From the NCBI GenBank assembly GCA_036752825.1, contig DAIORV010000003.1:3674-67673 (forward strand): 64,000 nt of DNA, written 5' to 3'. This stretch comes from Chloroflexota bacterium. GTDB lineage: Bacteria > Chloroflexota > UBA5177. Below the pieces are notes generated by a model. It worked only from the letters and a program-made list of their open reading frames with translations. It was not told the DNA's origin and searched no databases. Positions 48,782 to 59,132 of this stretch are shown here, piece by piece; position 1 is the first letter of the stretch, and every line of letters begins with the position of its first letter. The position numbers and the translations under genes are program-made.

Positions 48782-49414
48782 CTATACGTCGTCCTGATCG
48801 TCGTGAACGCTCACAACTACCTGTGCGGGGCGCAGCACTTCGTCGCCATACATGTAGCCGTTTCGCACAACCTGCACGACCGTATGATCGCGCACGCTGG
48901 CGTCGTTCACTCGCTGCACCGCCTCCTCCAGATGGGGGTCAAATGTCTTGCCTTCCGCGTCGATGGCTTCGACCCCCTCCAGCTGGAGTAGGTTGTCGAG
49001 CTGATACTGCGTGAGCCGAACGCCTTCCATGATGCTTTCGCCATTGGTCGGAGAGCTCTCCCCGTAATGCAGCGCGCGTTCGAGGTTGTCTTTGACGCTG
49101 AGCAATCGAACCAAAAGGTCTCGTCTCGCGGAGCGCGTCAAGTCTGCAAGCGTTCGATCCATGCGCTTCTTGTAGTTATCCATGTCGGCTCTACAGCGCA
49201 AAAATTTGTCGTAGTTTGCGGCCGCGTCCTGCTGGGCGCGATGTAGCTCGTGGAGAAGCTTTTCTTCCTCGCTGGCTGGGCCGTCGTCCACGACAGTCTC
49301 GCCGGCGACGGCAGGTGAATCCCCAGACGCAGCCTGCGCCTCGCCCGCGGATCGAGGGTCCAGCCCTGCCTCCCGAACGTCTTGGATTGGAGGCTCGTTT
49401 CCTTCTGTCATCAA
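48782..49414 (-). CDS. grpE: Nucleotide exchange factor GrpE
   Basis: RCRADMDNYKKR, DNLERAL, FDPHLEEAV, GYMYGDEVLRPAQVVVS. Confidence 0.96.
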   Translation of the reverse strand: MMTEGNEPPIQDVREAGLDPRSAGEAQAASGDSPAVAGETVVDDGPASEEEKLLHELHRAQQDAAANYDKFLRCRADMDNYKKRMDRTLADLTRSARRDLLVRLLSVKDNLERALHYGESSPTNGESIMEGVRLTQYQLDNLLQLEGVEAIDAEGKTFDPHLEEAVQRVNDASVRDHTVVQVVRNGYMYGDEVLRPAQVVVSVHDDQDDV

Positions 49415-49430
49415 TCGCTCCTACAAGAGG

Positions 49431-49455
49431 GGAGGCGGGCTCTCGACCCGCCTCC
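49431..49455 (-). other. Intercistronic hairpin between dnaK and grpE
   Basis: GGAGGCGGG/CCCGCCTCC 9-bp stem, followed by CCTCTT on the minus strand. Confidence 0.6.
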
Positions 49456-49466
49456 TGGATCGGCTC

Positions 49467-51317
49467 TTAGCCTTCGTCGCTCGAGCGGAACTCCGCGTCG
49501 ACGACGTCGTCGGACTCAGGTGTCGATCCTTCGGGTGTACCCGATGTGCCTCCCGCTCCGGCGCCGACACCTTCGGCGGCGGGATCGGGTTGGCTGTACA
49601 GTGAAGCCGCAACCGGCTGCCACGCCTGCTCGAGCTCCTGCCGGGCGGACTGAATAGCAGACTGATCGCTACCCTTCAGCGCTTCGCGAAGCTTGTTAAG
49701 GGCAGCCTCGACGGTCTGACGATCACTTTCGGAGATCCGATCTCCGGACTCCTTGAGCGTCTTTTCCGTGCTGTACGCAAGCGTATCGGCTGCGTTTCTT
49801 TCCTCTGCCGCGGTGCGGGCCTCGGCGTCGCGCTGAGCGTACTCTTCCGCTTCCTTCACCATGCGATCGACATCGCTGCTGCTCAAATTGGTCGAGGCGG
49901 TCACCTTGACGCTCTGTTCACGGCCGGTTCCCGTATCTTTTGCGTGCACATTGAGGATGCCGTTGGCGTCGATGTCAAACGTAACCTCGACCTGTGGCAT
50001 CCCTCTCGGTGCGGGCGGTATGCCCTCGAGCCGAAAACGCGCCAAGCTCATGTTGTCGCGAGCCATCGGACGCTCGCCCTGCGTCACGTGAACGTCGACG
50101 GCCGTTTGATTGTCCTCCGCCGTGCTGAACACTTCGCTCTTGGCAGTCGGAATGGTCGTGTTTCTCGGAATGAGGACTGTGTTCACGCCGCCCAGAGTCT
50201 CGATGCCGAGCGAGAGGGGAGTGACGTCCAAAAGGACCACGTCCTTCACGTCACCCATCAAGACGCCCGCTTGTATGGCCGCACCTATGGCGACGACCTC
50301 GTCTGGGTTCACGCCTTGATGCGGATCCTTTCCAGTCAGCTTTCGTACGAGCTCCTGGATGACGGGCATCCGCGTCGATCCGCCGACCAGCACCACTTCG
50401 TTGATTTGCTCAGCCGACAGCTTCGAATCCTGAAGGGCCCTGTTGAAGGGACCGACACAGCGCTGCGTCAGATCTTCGGTGAGCTCCTCAAACTTTCCAC
50501 GGGTGATCGTCTTGATCAAATGCTTTGGTCCGTTCTGATCGGCCGTGACAAACGGCAGATTGATTTCTGTCTGTACCACGCTCGAGAGCTCCACCTTGGC
50601 CTTCTCGGCCGCCTCCAAAAGGCGCTGAAGGGCCTGACGGTCCTTGCGGAGGTCAATGCCTTCGTCCTTCTGGAACTCTGCGGCTACCCAATCGACGATG
50701 CGCTGGTCATAGTCATCGCCACCGAGATGCGTATCGCCCGACGTCGATTTGACTTCGAAGACACCGTCACCGACCTCGAGCACCGAGACGTCGAAGGTCC
50801 CGCCACCAAGATCAAAGACAAGAATCGTCTCCGCGGTTTTCTTGTCGAGTCCGTAAGCGAGAGCCGCGGCCGTGGGCTCATTGATGATGCGCAGGACCTC
50901 AAGGCCGGCGATGGTGCCCGCGTCCTTGGTTGCCTGCCTCTGGCTGTCATTGAAATAGGCCGGCACGGTAATGACCGCCTGGGTCACCGGCTGCCCGAGG
51001 TACTTCTCAGCGTCATTCTTGAGCTTGCCGAGAATCATCGCCGAGATTTCTTGTGGCGTGAACCGTTTGTCGTCAATCTGGACGTTGTCGTTGGTCCCCA
51101 TCTTCCGCTTGATCGAAGCGATAGTGCGATCCGGATTGACCACGGCCTGACGCTTTGCAAGCTGTCCGACGAGCCGCTCCCCGGTCTTGGTAAATGCGAC
51201 CACGGACGGCGTAAGCCTGTTTCCCTCAGTGTTCGGGATGACCATGGGCTCGCCGCCTTCCATGACGGCTACGACCGAGTTCGTGGTACCGAGATCGATA
51301 CCTACTACCTTCGCCAT
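49467..51317 (-). CDS. dnaK: Chaperone DnaK (Gram-positive-type, lacking the N-terminal ~24-aa insert)
   Basis: [58 protein letters not shown]. Confidence 0.99.
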   Translation of the reverse strand: MAKVVGIDLGTTNSVVAVMEGGEPMVIPNTEGNRLTPSVVAFTKTGERLVGQLAKRQAVVNPDRTIASIKRKMGTNDNVQIDDKRFTPQEISAMILGKLKNDAEKYLGQPVTQAVITVPAYFNDSQRQATKDAGTIAGLEVLRIINEPTAAALAYGLDKKTAETILVFDLGGGTFDVSVLEVGDGVFEVKSTSGDTHLGGDDYDQRIVDWVAAEFQKDEGIDLRKDRQALQRLLEAAEKAKVELSSVVQTEINLPFVTADQNGPKHLIKTITRGKFEELTEDLTQRCVGPFNRALQDSKLSAEQINEVVLVGGSTRMPVIQELVRKLTGKDPHQGVNPDEVVAIGAAIQAGVLMGDVKDVVLLDVTPLSLGIETLGGVNTVLIPRNTTIPTAKSEVFSTAEDNQTAVDVHVTQGERPMARDNMSLARFRLEGIPPAPRGMPQVEVTFDIDANGILNVHAKDTGTGREQSVKVTASTNLSSSDVDRMVKEAEEYAQRDAEARTAAEERNAADTLAYSTEKTLKESGDRISESDRQTVEAALNKLREALKGSDQSAIQSARQELEQAWQPVAASLYSQPDPAAEGVGAGAGGTSGTPEGSTPESDDVVDAEFRSSDEG

Positions 51318-51382
51318 GAACTGAAACTCCTTCCGAAAAACCTGTTTAGTGCGCCTCACGAGCGCATATATTTGCCTGCCCT

Positions 51383-51413
51383 AGCCTAGTTGCTTGAGCC
51401 TCTTGTTGTCAAG
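51383..51413 (-). promoter_or_regulatory. dnaK promoter TTGACA-18-TAGGCT overlapped by HAIR-like inverted repeat
   Basis: CTTGAGC-N7-TGTCAAG at 51393-51413 versus the HAIR consensus CTTGAGT-N7-ACTCAAG. Confidence 0.75.
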
Positions 51414-51440
51414 ATTATTTGAGCCTCCTCCTGTAAATGA

Positions 51441-51468
51441 AGGCGGACGCGTCCAAACGCGTCCGCCT
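51441..51468 (-). terminator. Hairpin terminator after lon
   Basis: Perfect 12-bp stem AGGCGGACGCGT/ACGCGTCCGCCT with 4-nt loop, followed by TCATTT. Confidence 0.75.
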
Positions 51469-51477
51469 CAAAAACTG

Positions 51478-53943
51478 TTACCCGGCAGGTCCGGCGGGTG
51501 GCTGCCAGCTACTCTCGAGACCGGGCAAGAGCACGGCATCGAAATGGGCGTAATGCATCACGTCTGCGACCGCCGGAAGCTCTAGAAGTGCCTGTTTCAT
51601 TACCTCGTCCATGTGGTCAACCGGGAGGAGCTCCATTTGATCTCGAACGTCCTCGGGAATGTCGTCCACATCTTTCAGGTTCTTTTTGGGGAACAGAACC
51701 GTGCGCACGCCGGCACGATGAGCTGCCAGAACCTTCTGCTTTAGGCCTCCGATGGGGAGTATGTGGCCCCGGAGGGTTATCTCGCCGGTCATTGCCAGGT
51801 CGCGGCGCACCTTCCGCCCGGAGAGAGCGCTGACGAGAGCCGTGGCCATGGTTATTCCCGCCGACGGTCCATCCTTCGGAATGGCGCCGGCAGGCACGTG
51901 GATGTGTACTGCGTGCTCTTCAAAGGCGCTCGGCTTTATTCCAAGCTCTCTGGCTCGAGAATGGACGTAGCTCATGGCGGCGCGAGCCGACTCTTGCATC
52001 ACGTCGCCAAGCTGGCCGGTAAGGATGAACTGGCCTTTGGCGTCCATCAAGGTGACTTCGACCGGTATGACGTCTCCGCCCTCGTCGGTAACGACGAGGC
52101 CCGTGGCGACGCCTATCTCGTCCTTCTCCTCGGCCAAGCCCCAGGTGAAGCGAGGTTTTTTGAGATACGTCTCGACGTCGGTCGCGTCCACCGTCACGGT
52201 GGTGGCGCCTTCCTCGGCATAGCGGCGTGCAAGCTTGCGGCAGATGGTTGCGATCTCACGCTCTAGCTGCCTTACGCCGGCCTCTCGCGTGTACTCGCGA
52301 ACGATCTTCTGCATTGCCTCGCGAGAGATGGTCAGCTGCTCTTCGCTGATCCCGTGGAATGGCTTCTGTTTGGGTGCCAGGAAGCGCTCCCCAATCTCCA
52401 CCTTTTCGACCTCGGTGTACCCGGCGAGCTCGATGATCTCCATGCGATCGCGCATCGGCTCGGGAATCGTCCAGAGGACATTAGCGGTCGTGATGAAGAG
52501 AACCTTAGACAGGTCGAATGCGACCTCGAGGTAGTGGTCCTGAAAGTCGGTGTTCTGCTCCGGGTCCAGGACCTCGAGCAGAGCTGACGACGGGTCGCCG
52601 CGGAAATCGTTGCCGACTTTGTCTATCTCGTCCAGCATGATGACGGGATTGTTCGATCCGGCCTGCCGGATCGATTGAATAATGCGCCCTGGAAGGGAGC
52701 CGATGTACGTCCGGCGGTGGCCGCGGATCTCCGCCTCGTCGTGCACACCGCCGAGTGACATGCGGGCGAACTTCCGTCCCAGCGCGGCGGCAACCGATTT
52801 GCCGAGACTCGTCTTTCCAACTCCCGGAGGCCCGACGAGGCAGATGATGGGACTGCGGAGCTCGGTTGCCAGCTTGCGGACCGCGAGATGCTCCAGAATT
52901 CGTTCCTTCACGATCTCGAGTCCAAAATGGTCTCGATCGAGCTGCTCGGCAGCGGCCTTGATGTCCAGCTGGTCGTCCGTGCTGACCGACCACGGCATGC
53001 CCACGAGCCAATCGAGGTAGGTGCGAATCATTCCGACCTCTGGGGAAGCCGCGGGCATTCGCTCCAACCGGTCAACCTCTTTGAGGGCCTTCTCTTTGGC
53101 CTTCTCTGGCATTTCGGCTTCGTCGATCTTGGTTCGCCACTCAGCAGCTTCCGCCTGCTCGGGATCGAGCTCTCCCAGCTCGCGCTGAATCTCTTTCATT
53201 TGCTCACGGAGAAGATACTCGCGCTGCGTCTTGTCGATGTTCTTCTGTACTTCGCTGGAGATCCGCGTCTTGAGCTCCAGAACCTCGACTTCTTCCGACA
53301 GGAGCTGGTGAGCCCGGCGCAGGCGCTCGAGCACGTCGATCGCCGTCAGAAGGTCCTTGCGCTCATCAGGATTTAGCTCGGGCATGTGTCCGACCAGGTC
53401 GGCCAGCCAGGCGGGATCTTCGACATCTCTAACATTTGAGAGGGCGTCAGCGGGTAGATTGCCTCGCAGGTTTATGTACTTGGTGAAGAGCTCTTTGACC
53501 GCTTCCATGAGCGCGGTCAGCTCTTTCGTATCGGACACTTCTTGCGAGATGACCTCGACCTCTACCTCGAGATACGGCTCGGTTTTGGTGAAATTGAGCA
53601 CGCGCACACGCTGCTCTCCTTGGGCCAGCAGCTGGACGCTTCCATCAGGCAGCCGGAACATGGGGCCGATAGTGGCCAAGACGCCGACGTCCATGAGGTC
53701 GTCCGGGCCTACCTCTTGTTTCGCCGCATCATTCTGGGTGACCAAGATGATGCGGTGCGGCCGCTGCTTCACGGCTTCATCCACGGCGAGCAGAGACGGC
53801 TGTCGCCCGACCTGAATGGGCTGCATCATATGCGGGAACACGACCGTTTCGAACAGAGGAAGTACCGGAAGACGTAAGTTCTTCTCGAGCTGGTCGTCTT
53901 CTTCAGGGATGGTTGGTTCAGTCATTCGAAGATCCTTGTTCAT
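51478..53943 (-). CDS. lon: Lon protease
   Basis: [46 protein letters not shown]. Confidence 0.98.
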   Translation of the reverse strand: MNKDLRMTEPTIPEEDDQLEKNLRLPVLPLFETVVFPHMMQPIQVGRQPSLLAVDEAVKQRPHRIILVTQNDAAKQEVGPDDLMDVGVLATIGPMFRLPDGSVQLLAQGEQRVRVLNFTKTEPYLEVEVEVISQEVSDTKELTALMEAVKELFTKYINLRGNLPADALSNVRDVEDPAWLADLVGHMPELNPDERKDLLTAIDVLERLRRAHQLLSEEVEVLELKTRISSEVQKNIDKTQREYLLREQMKEIQRELGELDPEQAEAAEWRTKIDEAEMPEKAKEKALKEVDRLERMPAASPEVGMIRTYLDWLVGMPWSVSTDDQLDIKAAAEQLDRDHFGLEIVKERILEHLAVRKLATELRSPIICLVGPPGVGKTSLGKSVAAALGRKFARMSLGGVHDEAEIRGHRRTYIGSLPGRIIQSIRQAGSNNPVIMLDEIDKVGNDFRGDPSSALLEVLDPEQNTDFQDHYLEVAFDLSKVLFITTANVLWTIPEPMRDRMEIIELAGYTEVEKVEIGERFLAPKQKPFHGISEEQLTISREAMQKIVREYTREAGVRQLEREIATICRKLARRYAEEGATTVTVDATDVETYLKKPRFTWGLAEEKDEIGVATGLVVTDEGGDVIPVEVTLMDAKGQFILTGQLGDVMQESARAAMSYVHSRARELGIKPSAFEEHAVHIHVPAGAIPKDGPSAGITMATALVSALSGRKVRRDLAMTGEITLRGHILPIGGLKQKVLAAHRAGVRTVLFPKKNLKDVDDIPEDVRDQMELLPVDHMDEVMKQALLELPAVADVMHYAHFDAVLLPGLESSWQPPAGPAG

Positions 53944-54047
53944 TTCGCGAGCGACCGACTAAGCCGTTCGCCTGATATGTAGGGCTCGTAAAGGAATTCT
54001 CCGGCACCAAATGCCGGTTCAGGGCTGTGGCGAGAGAAGTCCCTCCG

Positions 54048-54072
54048 GTGCGTGGTTTAGTATACCACGCAC
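54048..54072 (-). promoter_or_regulatory. lon extended -10 (TGgTATACT) embedded in a perfect 9-7-9 inverted repeat
   Basis: GTGCGTGGT-ATACTAA-ACCACGCAC on the minus strand. Confidence 0.6.
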
Positions 54073-54103
54073 AGTTTGCTTTAGTGCGGAACTATAAAGG
54101 ATT

Positions 54104-54138
54104 GCGGCCTGAGCCGACCATCCCGCTGCTTAGGCCGC
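54104..54138 (-). terminator. Hairpin spanning the selD stop
   Basis: GCGGCCTAAGC...GCTCAGGCCGC followed by AATCCTTT, one mismatch on this strand. Confidence 0.45.
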
Positions 54139-55170
54139 TACCGTAACGACTGTCTCGCCCGCCGGAGCCGCTACATGACCTACGCAGACGGCAATTGAAG
54201 CTCGCCCAATCCGTCGAATTAGACCCATTGCGGAGGCCTCCGGTAAGGCGATCAGTAGGCCTCCTGAGGTCTGAGGGTCGGCCAGCAAAAGCCGGGAGGT
54301 CTCATCGACTCCGTTCAGCCATCGCACCGATTCGGCAAGGTACTCGAGATTAGTGTGGGTGCCCGCCGGCGAGTATCCGCTCTTCGCATACTCTTCGGCG
54401 CCGGGCAGGAGCGGTACATCATGAGCCGAAATGTGGGCGTCAACTCCAGAGGCCCGGCAGACATCGAGAAGATGCCCTAGCAGCCCGTAACCCGACACAT
54501 CGGTACAGGCACTGGCGCCCGACACGACCATGCTCTCGCTCGCTGCGCGGTTCAGCTTCGTCATCCAGGCCACGGCGCTATTCGTATGCGCCCGCGACGC
54601 GGCCTGGTTCTTGAGGGCCGTGCCGACGACTCCCGTGCCAATGGGTTTTGTCAGGATCAACCTATCCCCGGGCTGCGCCCCTCGGGTCGTCACCATTGAC
54701 TTGGGTTCGACCGTTCCCGTTACGGACAGGCCATACTTCGGCTCCTCGTCGTCTACGGTGTGTCCGCCGATGATGCTGATTCCTGCTTCAGCAGCCATGT
54801 CCGCTCCGCCGCGCAAGATCGCCGTCAGCACATCTACCGGCAGCGTCTTTATGGGAAACCCGACGACGTTGAGAGCGTGTAGAGGGCGTCCGCCGACCGC
54901 GTAGACGTCGCTAAGCGAGTTTGCCGCCGCGATCCTTCCGAAGTCATACGGATCGTCAACTATGGGCGTGAAGAAGTCGACTGTCTGGACAAGGGCGAGC
55001 CGATCCGACAGCCGATAGACGGCAGCGTCATCAGCCGGATTGTCGCCAAGCAACAGATTGGCATCTGGACGCCGTGGGAGTTGACGCAACACGTGCGCCA
55101 GGTCAGTCTGGCTGACCTTGCTGGCTCAACCGGCGCAGCGCACGAGCGACGTAAGTCGCACAGGCTCCAT
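54130..55170 (-). CDS. selD: Selenophosphate synthetase, selenocysteine-containing (UGA at codon 15)
   Basis: AAGGAGGAG RBS, then MEPVRLTSLVRCAG-UGA-ASKVSQTDL in frame with the tracked ORF. Motifs DDAAVY, QTVDFFTP, AANSLSDVYA, GGHT, TDVSGYGLLGH, DPQTSGGLL. Confidence 0.96.
55097..55125 (-). ncRNA. Candidate bacterial SECIS hairpin immediately 3' of the selD UGA
   Basis: GCC-AGCA-AGGUCAG-CCAGA-CUGACCU-GGC, 10 bp with a 4-nt bulge, starting at the first base after UGA. Confidence 0.6.
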
Positions 55171-55191
55171 GGCTCCTCCTTCCATTGCTGT

Positions 55192-56259
55192 TCAGGCTCC
55201 GGAAACCGATGACTCGGCAGGCGTCAGCGCGGCCAAGACCGCGTCGACCAGCTTGTCCGCTCCCCCTTTGACCGGGTCGGCCCCGGGGAGGTCGGTTTCG
55301 GCTTCGGTCTGACGTACCGCTCGCGCGGCCTCCTGGTTTGAGAGACCCCTGGTGTTCAGTGCGATTGCCACTACGCGGGCAGGCTTGATCCATCCGGCAG
55401 CCTCTTCGTAAATCTGTATCACTCGAGGGAGGGAAGGAATGGTCACAGGATAGTCATCGATCTGCCGGTGACCTGGAGGGTGCACGAGAACCATGGCATC
55501 GGGAAGCGATCCATGCATGAGTGCTAGGGTGACGCCGGAGTACGCAGGGTGGAGGAGCGATCCTTGTCCCTCCACGAACACCCAGTCGGCGAGCTCGCAA
55601 GCTTCGACCACGAGGTTCTCGACGGCACCGGCCATGAAGTCGCCGATGGCGCGATCTATAGCTATGCCGCTGCCTTCCAACATGATGCCCGTCTGGCCGG
55701 TCGCGACGAAGGCGGTTGAGAGCCCGCGTGCGTCGGCGGCCTGCCGCATCTCCAGTGCTGCCGTCATCTTCCCAACCGCGCAATCGCTGCCGACGAATGT
55801 GATCACGTGAGAGCCGGCCCGATGTTGCAGCATCTCGGAAGTACTGAGATTCTCCGGAACGCGTCTCACGTCCACGATCTGGGCACCGTGTCGGCGGGCG
55901 AGCGCCTTGAATTCCGTGTCCTCCGCCATCATGTAATGCAAGCCATTAACGACGTCGACTCCGCTTTGGAGGGCCAGAGCTATTTGCCGGCGCCACTCCG
56001 GCGGGAGAAAACCTCCGCGGGTAGCAATTCCAATGAGAAGCTCGTCGGGCCGATATTTCAGCGCATCGGACATGTCGCCGACGATCGGAACTTGACCGCC
56101 AATGCCTAACACGTCCTGAGACACGGCTCCGGCATGGTGTGAGTCGACGATGGCTACCACATCGCTTGGGCGATATCTCAGGATGCTGGTAGCAGTCTTG
56201 CCATGATGGAAATCCAGCATTCCGTCGGCAAGAATCGCCATCGTCCGGCGCTTGCTCAT
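55192..56259 (-). CDS. DUF1611 family protein (DgcN D-glutamate N-acetyltransferase-like)
   Basis: KTATSILRY, LLIGIA, VVNGLH, GSDCAVGKMT, ATGQTG, DFMAGAVE, VEGQGSLLHPAYSG. Confidence 0.9.
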   Translation of the reverse strand: MSKRRTMAILADGMLDFHHGKTATSILRYRPSDVVAIVDSHHAGAVSQDVLGIGGQVPIVGDMSDALKYRPDELLIGIATRGGFLPPEWRRQIALALQSGVDVVNGLHYMMAEDTEFKALARRHGAQIVDVRRVPENLSTSEMLQHRAGSHVITFVGSDCAVGKMTAALEMRQAADARGLSTAFVATGQTGIMLEGSGIAIDRAIGDFMAGAVENLVVEACELADWVFVEGQGSLLHPAYSGVTLALMHGSLPDAMVLVHPPGHRQIDDYPVTIPSLPRVIQIYEEAAGWIKPARVVAIALNTRGLSNQEAARAVRQTEAETDLPGADPVKGGADKLVDAVLAALTPAESSVSGA

Positions 56260-56291
56260 TTGCTGCCTCGGTGGATCAGAATTTCTCCAGT

Positions 56292-56939
56292 TTATCCTTG
56301 CGTGCCGGGAGCCGGTGGCTCCTTGGCACGACCTCGTACCTCCTCGGGCAGCGTCTGTCGCCACACGTGCACTAGTCTCTGCACGGCGGTGAAATGGGTC
56401 AGGACGGCAAGAATCCACAGCGCAACGACGACCGTTTTCCCTGTCGCTGGACCAGGAAAAACGAGTCCTGCTCCGAGAATCAGGACGCGCTCGGGACGCG
56501 GAGCTATGCCCACCTTCGCGTCGAGCCCCAGACCTTCGGCGCGGGCACGCGCGTAGCTGATCATGATCGACCCGACTGCAACCGCGTACACGAGCACGGC
56601 CGTGCCGATGTGGTCCAGCTTTGCCTCGACGTAGAGCAGCCCGAGGAGGATGGCGCTTTCTGAATACCGGTCGAGCACGGAATCAAGAAAAGCTCCAAAG
56701 CGGCTGGGCCGGTTGATTACACGTGCCATTGCCCCGTCCAGCATGTCGAAAGCTGCGGAGAACAGCAGCAGCGCACCTCCGGTGCTCAGACGTCCGCTCG
56801 CTATGACGGCGGCAGTCAGCACGTTGAGTGCGAAGCCAACGATGGTAATGCTGTTGGGGGTGACCCCGAACCGCACCAATGGGCGTACGACCGCTTCGGC
56901 CGCTCCTCGGGCCCAATTCTGGACCGAAGCCGGGAACAC
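56292..56939 (-). CDS. pgsA: CDP-alcohol phosphatidyltransferase, phosphatidylinositol-phosphate synthase type
   Basis: TPNSIT, DMLDGAMAR...GAFLDSVLD, SYARARAE, RPER. Confidence 0.9.
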   Translation of the reverse strand: MFPASVQNWARGAAEAVVRPLVRFGVTPNSITIVGFALNVLTAAVIASGRLSTGGALLLFSAAFDMLDGAMARVINRPSRFGAFLDSVLDRYSESAILLGLLYVEAKLDHIGTAVLVYAVAVGSIMISYARARAEGLGLDAKVGIAPRPERVLILGAGLVFPGPATGKTVVVALWILAVLTHFTAVQRLVHVWRQTLPEEVRGRAKEPPAPGTQG

Positions 56940-56941
56940 GC

Positions 56942-58126
56942 TTACAGCGCCAGGCCGCTCGTCGAAAGCGCCTCCGCTGCATAGGTCGGGAAGGTACGCG
57001 TGCCGGTCCGCACGTAGAAGTCGACCACCTGCTCGGCGATCCTATCCCAGGAATAGAGCCTGGCGGTCTCCCTTCCCCTCTGACCCATGGCTTCAGCGGC
57101 CGTTCTGTCTTGGAGGAGGGCGCATACGGCCTCGGCCAGGGCGCGCTCGTTGCGCGGCGGGACCATTATCCCTTCGTTCCCCTGCGTCATGACCTGCCGA
57201 TAGCCCTCGATGTCGGAAGCGACGACGGGTACGCCAGACGCCATGGCTTCGAGGAGGACAATGCCGAAGCTTTCGCCCTGGGTCGCGGGAGCACAGAACG
57301 CGTCGGCAGACCTGAGGTAGCGGGGCAGGTCGTCCTCACTCACCCTCCCCACGACGACGATGTCGTGTAGACGGTGGCGCTTTATGTAGGCGGTGTACGG
57401 CGAGTCCTCCCAATCGCCGGCACCCACAATGATGAACCGTGCGTCTGGGAAGGCTTCTTTGACCTGCGGATAGGCGCGCAACAGATAACCCACGCCTTTT
57501 CTCTTCTCGGGCCTGCCGACGAAGAGAATGTTTGGTCTGCCGTCGCAAAACTGAGGTAAGGGCTCCAGGCTCTCGGGCGCAAATCTTGCCAGCTCGACCC
57601 CATTGGGAATGACCCTGTAAGGTGCCATGAAGTACTGGCGCACGAAGCGCTTGGCAGCTCTAGACACAGCGATTCTGCCGTCGAGCTGGCGGAAGGCAAA
57701 GCGCAGAACCGGTCTTCCATAAAAGTAGCCGTAGTAAGAACCGCGGTAGGCGTGAAAGGTTCCAACGTTCAGAGCTTCCGAGTAGCGGAGCACGGTCGGA
57801 GGCAACGACGGCATCAGGGGTTCGTGGACGTGCACCACATCGAACTGCTCGGACTCCAGAACCTCCCGAACTCGCCGTGCCAATCGAAAGGAGAGCGTGA
57901 TGCGCGCAATCGAACCGTTCGCCGGAACTCGCCGAACGCGACCGATCCGGTAGACGTCCGTCTCTTCGCGCTCAATGTTTCGATTTGAAGACGGCGCCAT
58001 GATCCGGACTTCGTGTCCCATCGCCACGAACTCCCGGTGAAGGTGCATCACGTGGTTGGTCACACCACCCGGATACGGATAGTCGTACGGGGACACGAGG
58101 GCGATCTTCAACCGCCTTCCCCGCAC
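56942..58126 (-). CDS. pimA: GT4 phosphatidylinositol mannosyltransferase-like
   Basis: IALVSPY...PGGVTNHV, HVHEP, GTFH, IPNGV, RKG, ESFGIVLLEAMA, plus operon context. Confidence 0.85.
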   Translation of the reverse strand: MRGRRLKIALVSPYDYPYPGGVTNHVMHLHREFVAMGHEVRIMAPSSNRNIEREETDVYRIGRVRRVPANGSIARITLSFRLARRVREVLESEQFDVVHVHEPLMPSLPPTVLRYSEALNVGTFHAYRGSYYGYFYGRPVLRFAFRQLDGRIAVSRAAKRFVRQYFMAPYRVIPNGVELARFAPESLEPLPQFCDGRPNILFVGRPEKRKGVGYLLRAYPQVKEAFPDARFIIVGAGDWEDSPYTAYIKRHRLHDIVVVGRVSEDDLPRYLRSADAFCAPATQGESFGIVLLEAMASGVPVVASDIEGYRQVMTQGNEGIMVPPRNERALAEAVCALLQDRTAAEAMGQRGRETARLYSWDRIAEQVVDFYVRTGTRTFPTYAAEALSTSGLAL

Positions 58127-58202
58127 GGTGCGAGGTTTTCATGAGCCGGTGCATCTGCGTCTTCGGCCTGACCTGAGAGGCCATTCAGCTCATGCCACCC
58201 GC

Positions 58203-59132
58203 TCATAGCACTTCCTCAGTTTGGTGATTTATGGTAGCAGCCAGTTCAGCAGGTCCCGCCCGGCGCCACATCGGCGAAAAGTTGAGCCACTGCCCCGGGT
58301 AACGTCGGATGAGCGCCTCCATTTCTGCTACGACGCGGCCGATGTTTTGAAGATCGTCCGACTCCGAATTTTCCGACCGAGTAATAGGTATCGGTCCTAT
58401 CACGTGAGCTGCGAATGTGTCATCTCCCCGTCGGATGCCAACACCAAGCAACAATGTCGACCCGGTGCGGCGCGCTAGGGAGACCGGGCCGCGCGGAAGG
58501 GCAGTGAATCGCCCGAAAAAGCGCGTCTCCAGACCTCCGCGTCCGCCTATCATGCGGTCAGCCGCCAGGCCCACGATCTCGCCCGCTCGCAGAGCCCTGA
58601 TCAGCTCTCGGGGGGCCTGGTCGAGGGGCACCACCCTCACTCCTTTGCTGGTGCGCAAGTCGACCAGGAAATCAAAAAGCGCCTGCGGCTGCATGCGTTC
58701 CACGGGCACAATCATCCGGTATCCGCGCTGCGCGAGCACCTGGCCAACCATGTCGTAGTTCCCCAAATGCATCGTCGCCAGGACGACTCCCTTACCGCGG
58801 GATACGGCCTCCGCCAGGCGATCCCAGTGATCGATCTCAACCTGTGCTTCAATTTCCGCACCCGTCGTTCTGCGGATGCGCAACGTGTCTATCCAGTTCT
58901 TAGCGTCCGTGCGAAAGGCTTCGACCGCCAAAGGCCTGAGCTTCCGGTCGTTGGGCGAAGTTTCCATCACCACCGCAAGGTTTTCCAACACCGCACGGCG
59001 AGGTCTTGAGAAGAGCAGAAATGCGAGCTTCCCCGCGGAGTCGGACAGCGAATGGGCCACAGATACGGGAATGAGAGGAAGAGCCCAAGCGGCGATTCGC
59101 AGGACTACGTACAGTGCGAGGTTGGGGATCAT
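58203..59132 (-). CDS. PatA/LpxL-family acyltransferase (copy 2)
   Basis: HLGNYD, LAADR, FFGR-TALPRGP, PGQW. Confidence 0.88.
   Translation of the reverse strand: MIPNLALYVVLRIAAWALPLIPVSVAHSLSDSAGKLAFLLFSRPRRAVLENLAVVMETSPNDRKLRPLAVEAFRTDAKNWIDTLRIRRTTGAEIEAQVEIDHWDRLAEAVSRGKGVVLATMHLGNYDMVGQVLAQRGYRMIVPVERMQPQALFDFLVDLRTSKGVRVVPLDQAPRELIRALRAGEIVGLAADRMIGGRGGLETRFFGRFTALPRGPVSLARRTGSTLLLGVGIRRGDDTFAAHVIGPIPITRSENSESDDLQNIGRVVAEMEALIRRYPGQWLNFSPMWRRAGPAELAATINHQTEEVL

Noticed and set aside
49944-51389. 481-aa plus-strand ORF antisense to dnaK
   Set aside because: Long antisense frames opposite dnaK are a known codon-bias shadow in GC-rich genomes. No RBS or recognisable motif.
51343-54088. 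Shared 9-mer TTTAGTGCG upstream of both dnaK and lon
   Set aside because: Not palindromic, different position relative to the promoters, and a shared 9-mer in two ~150-bp regions is plausible by chance.
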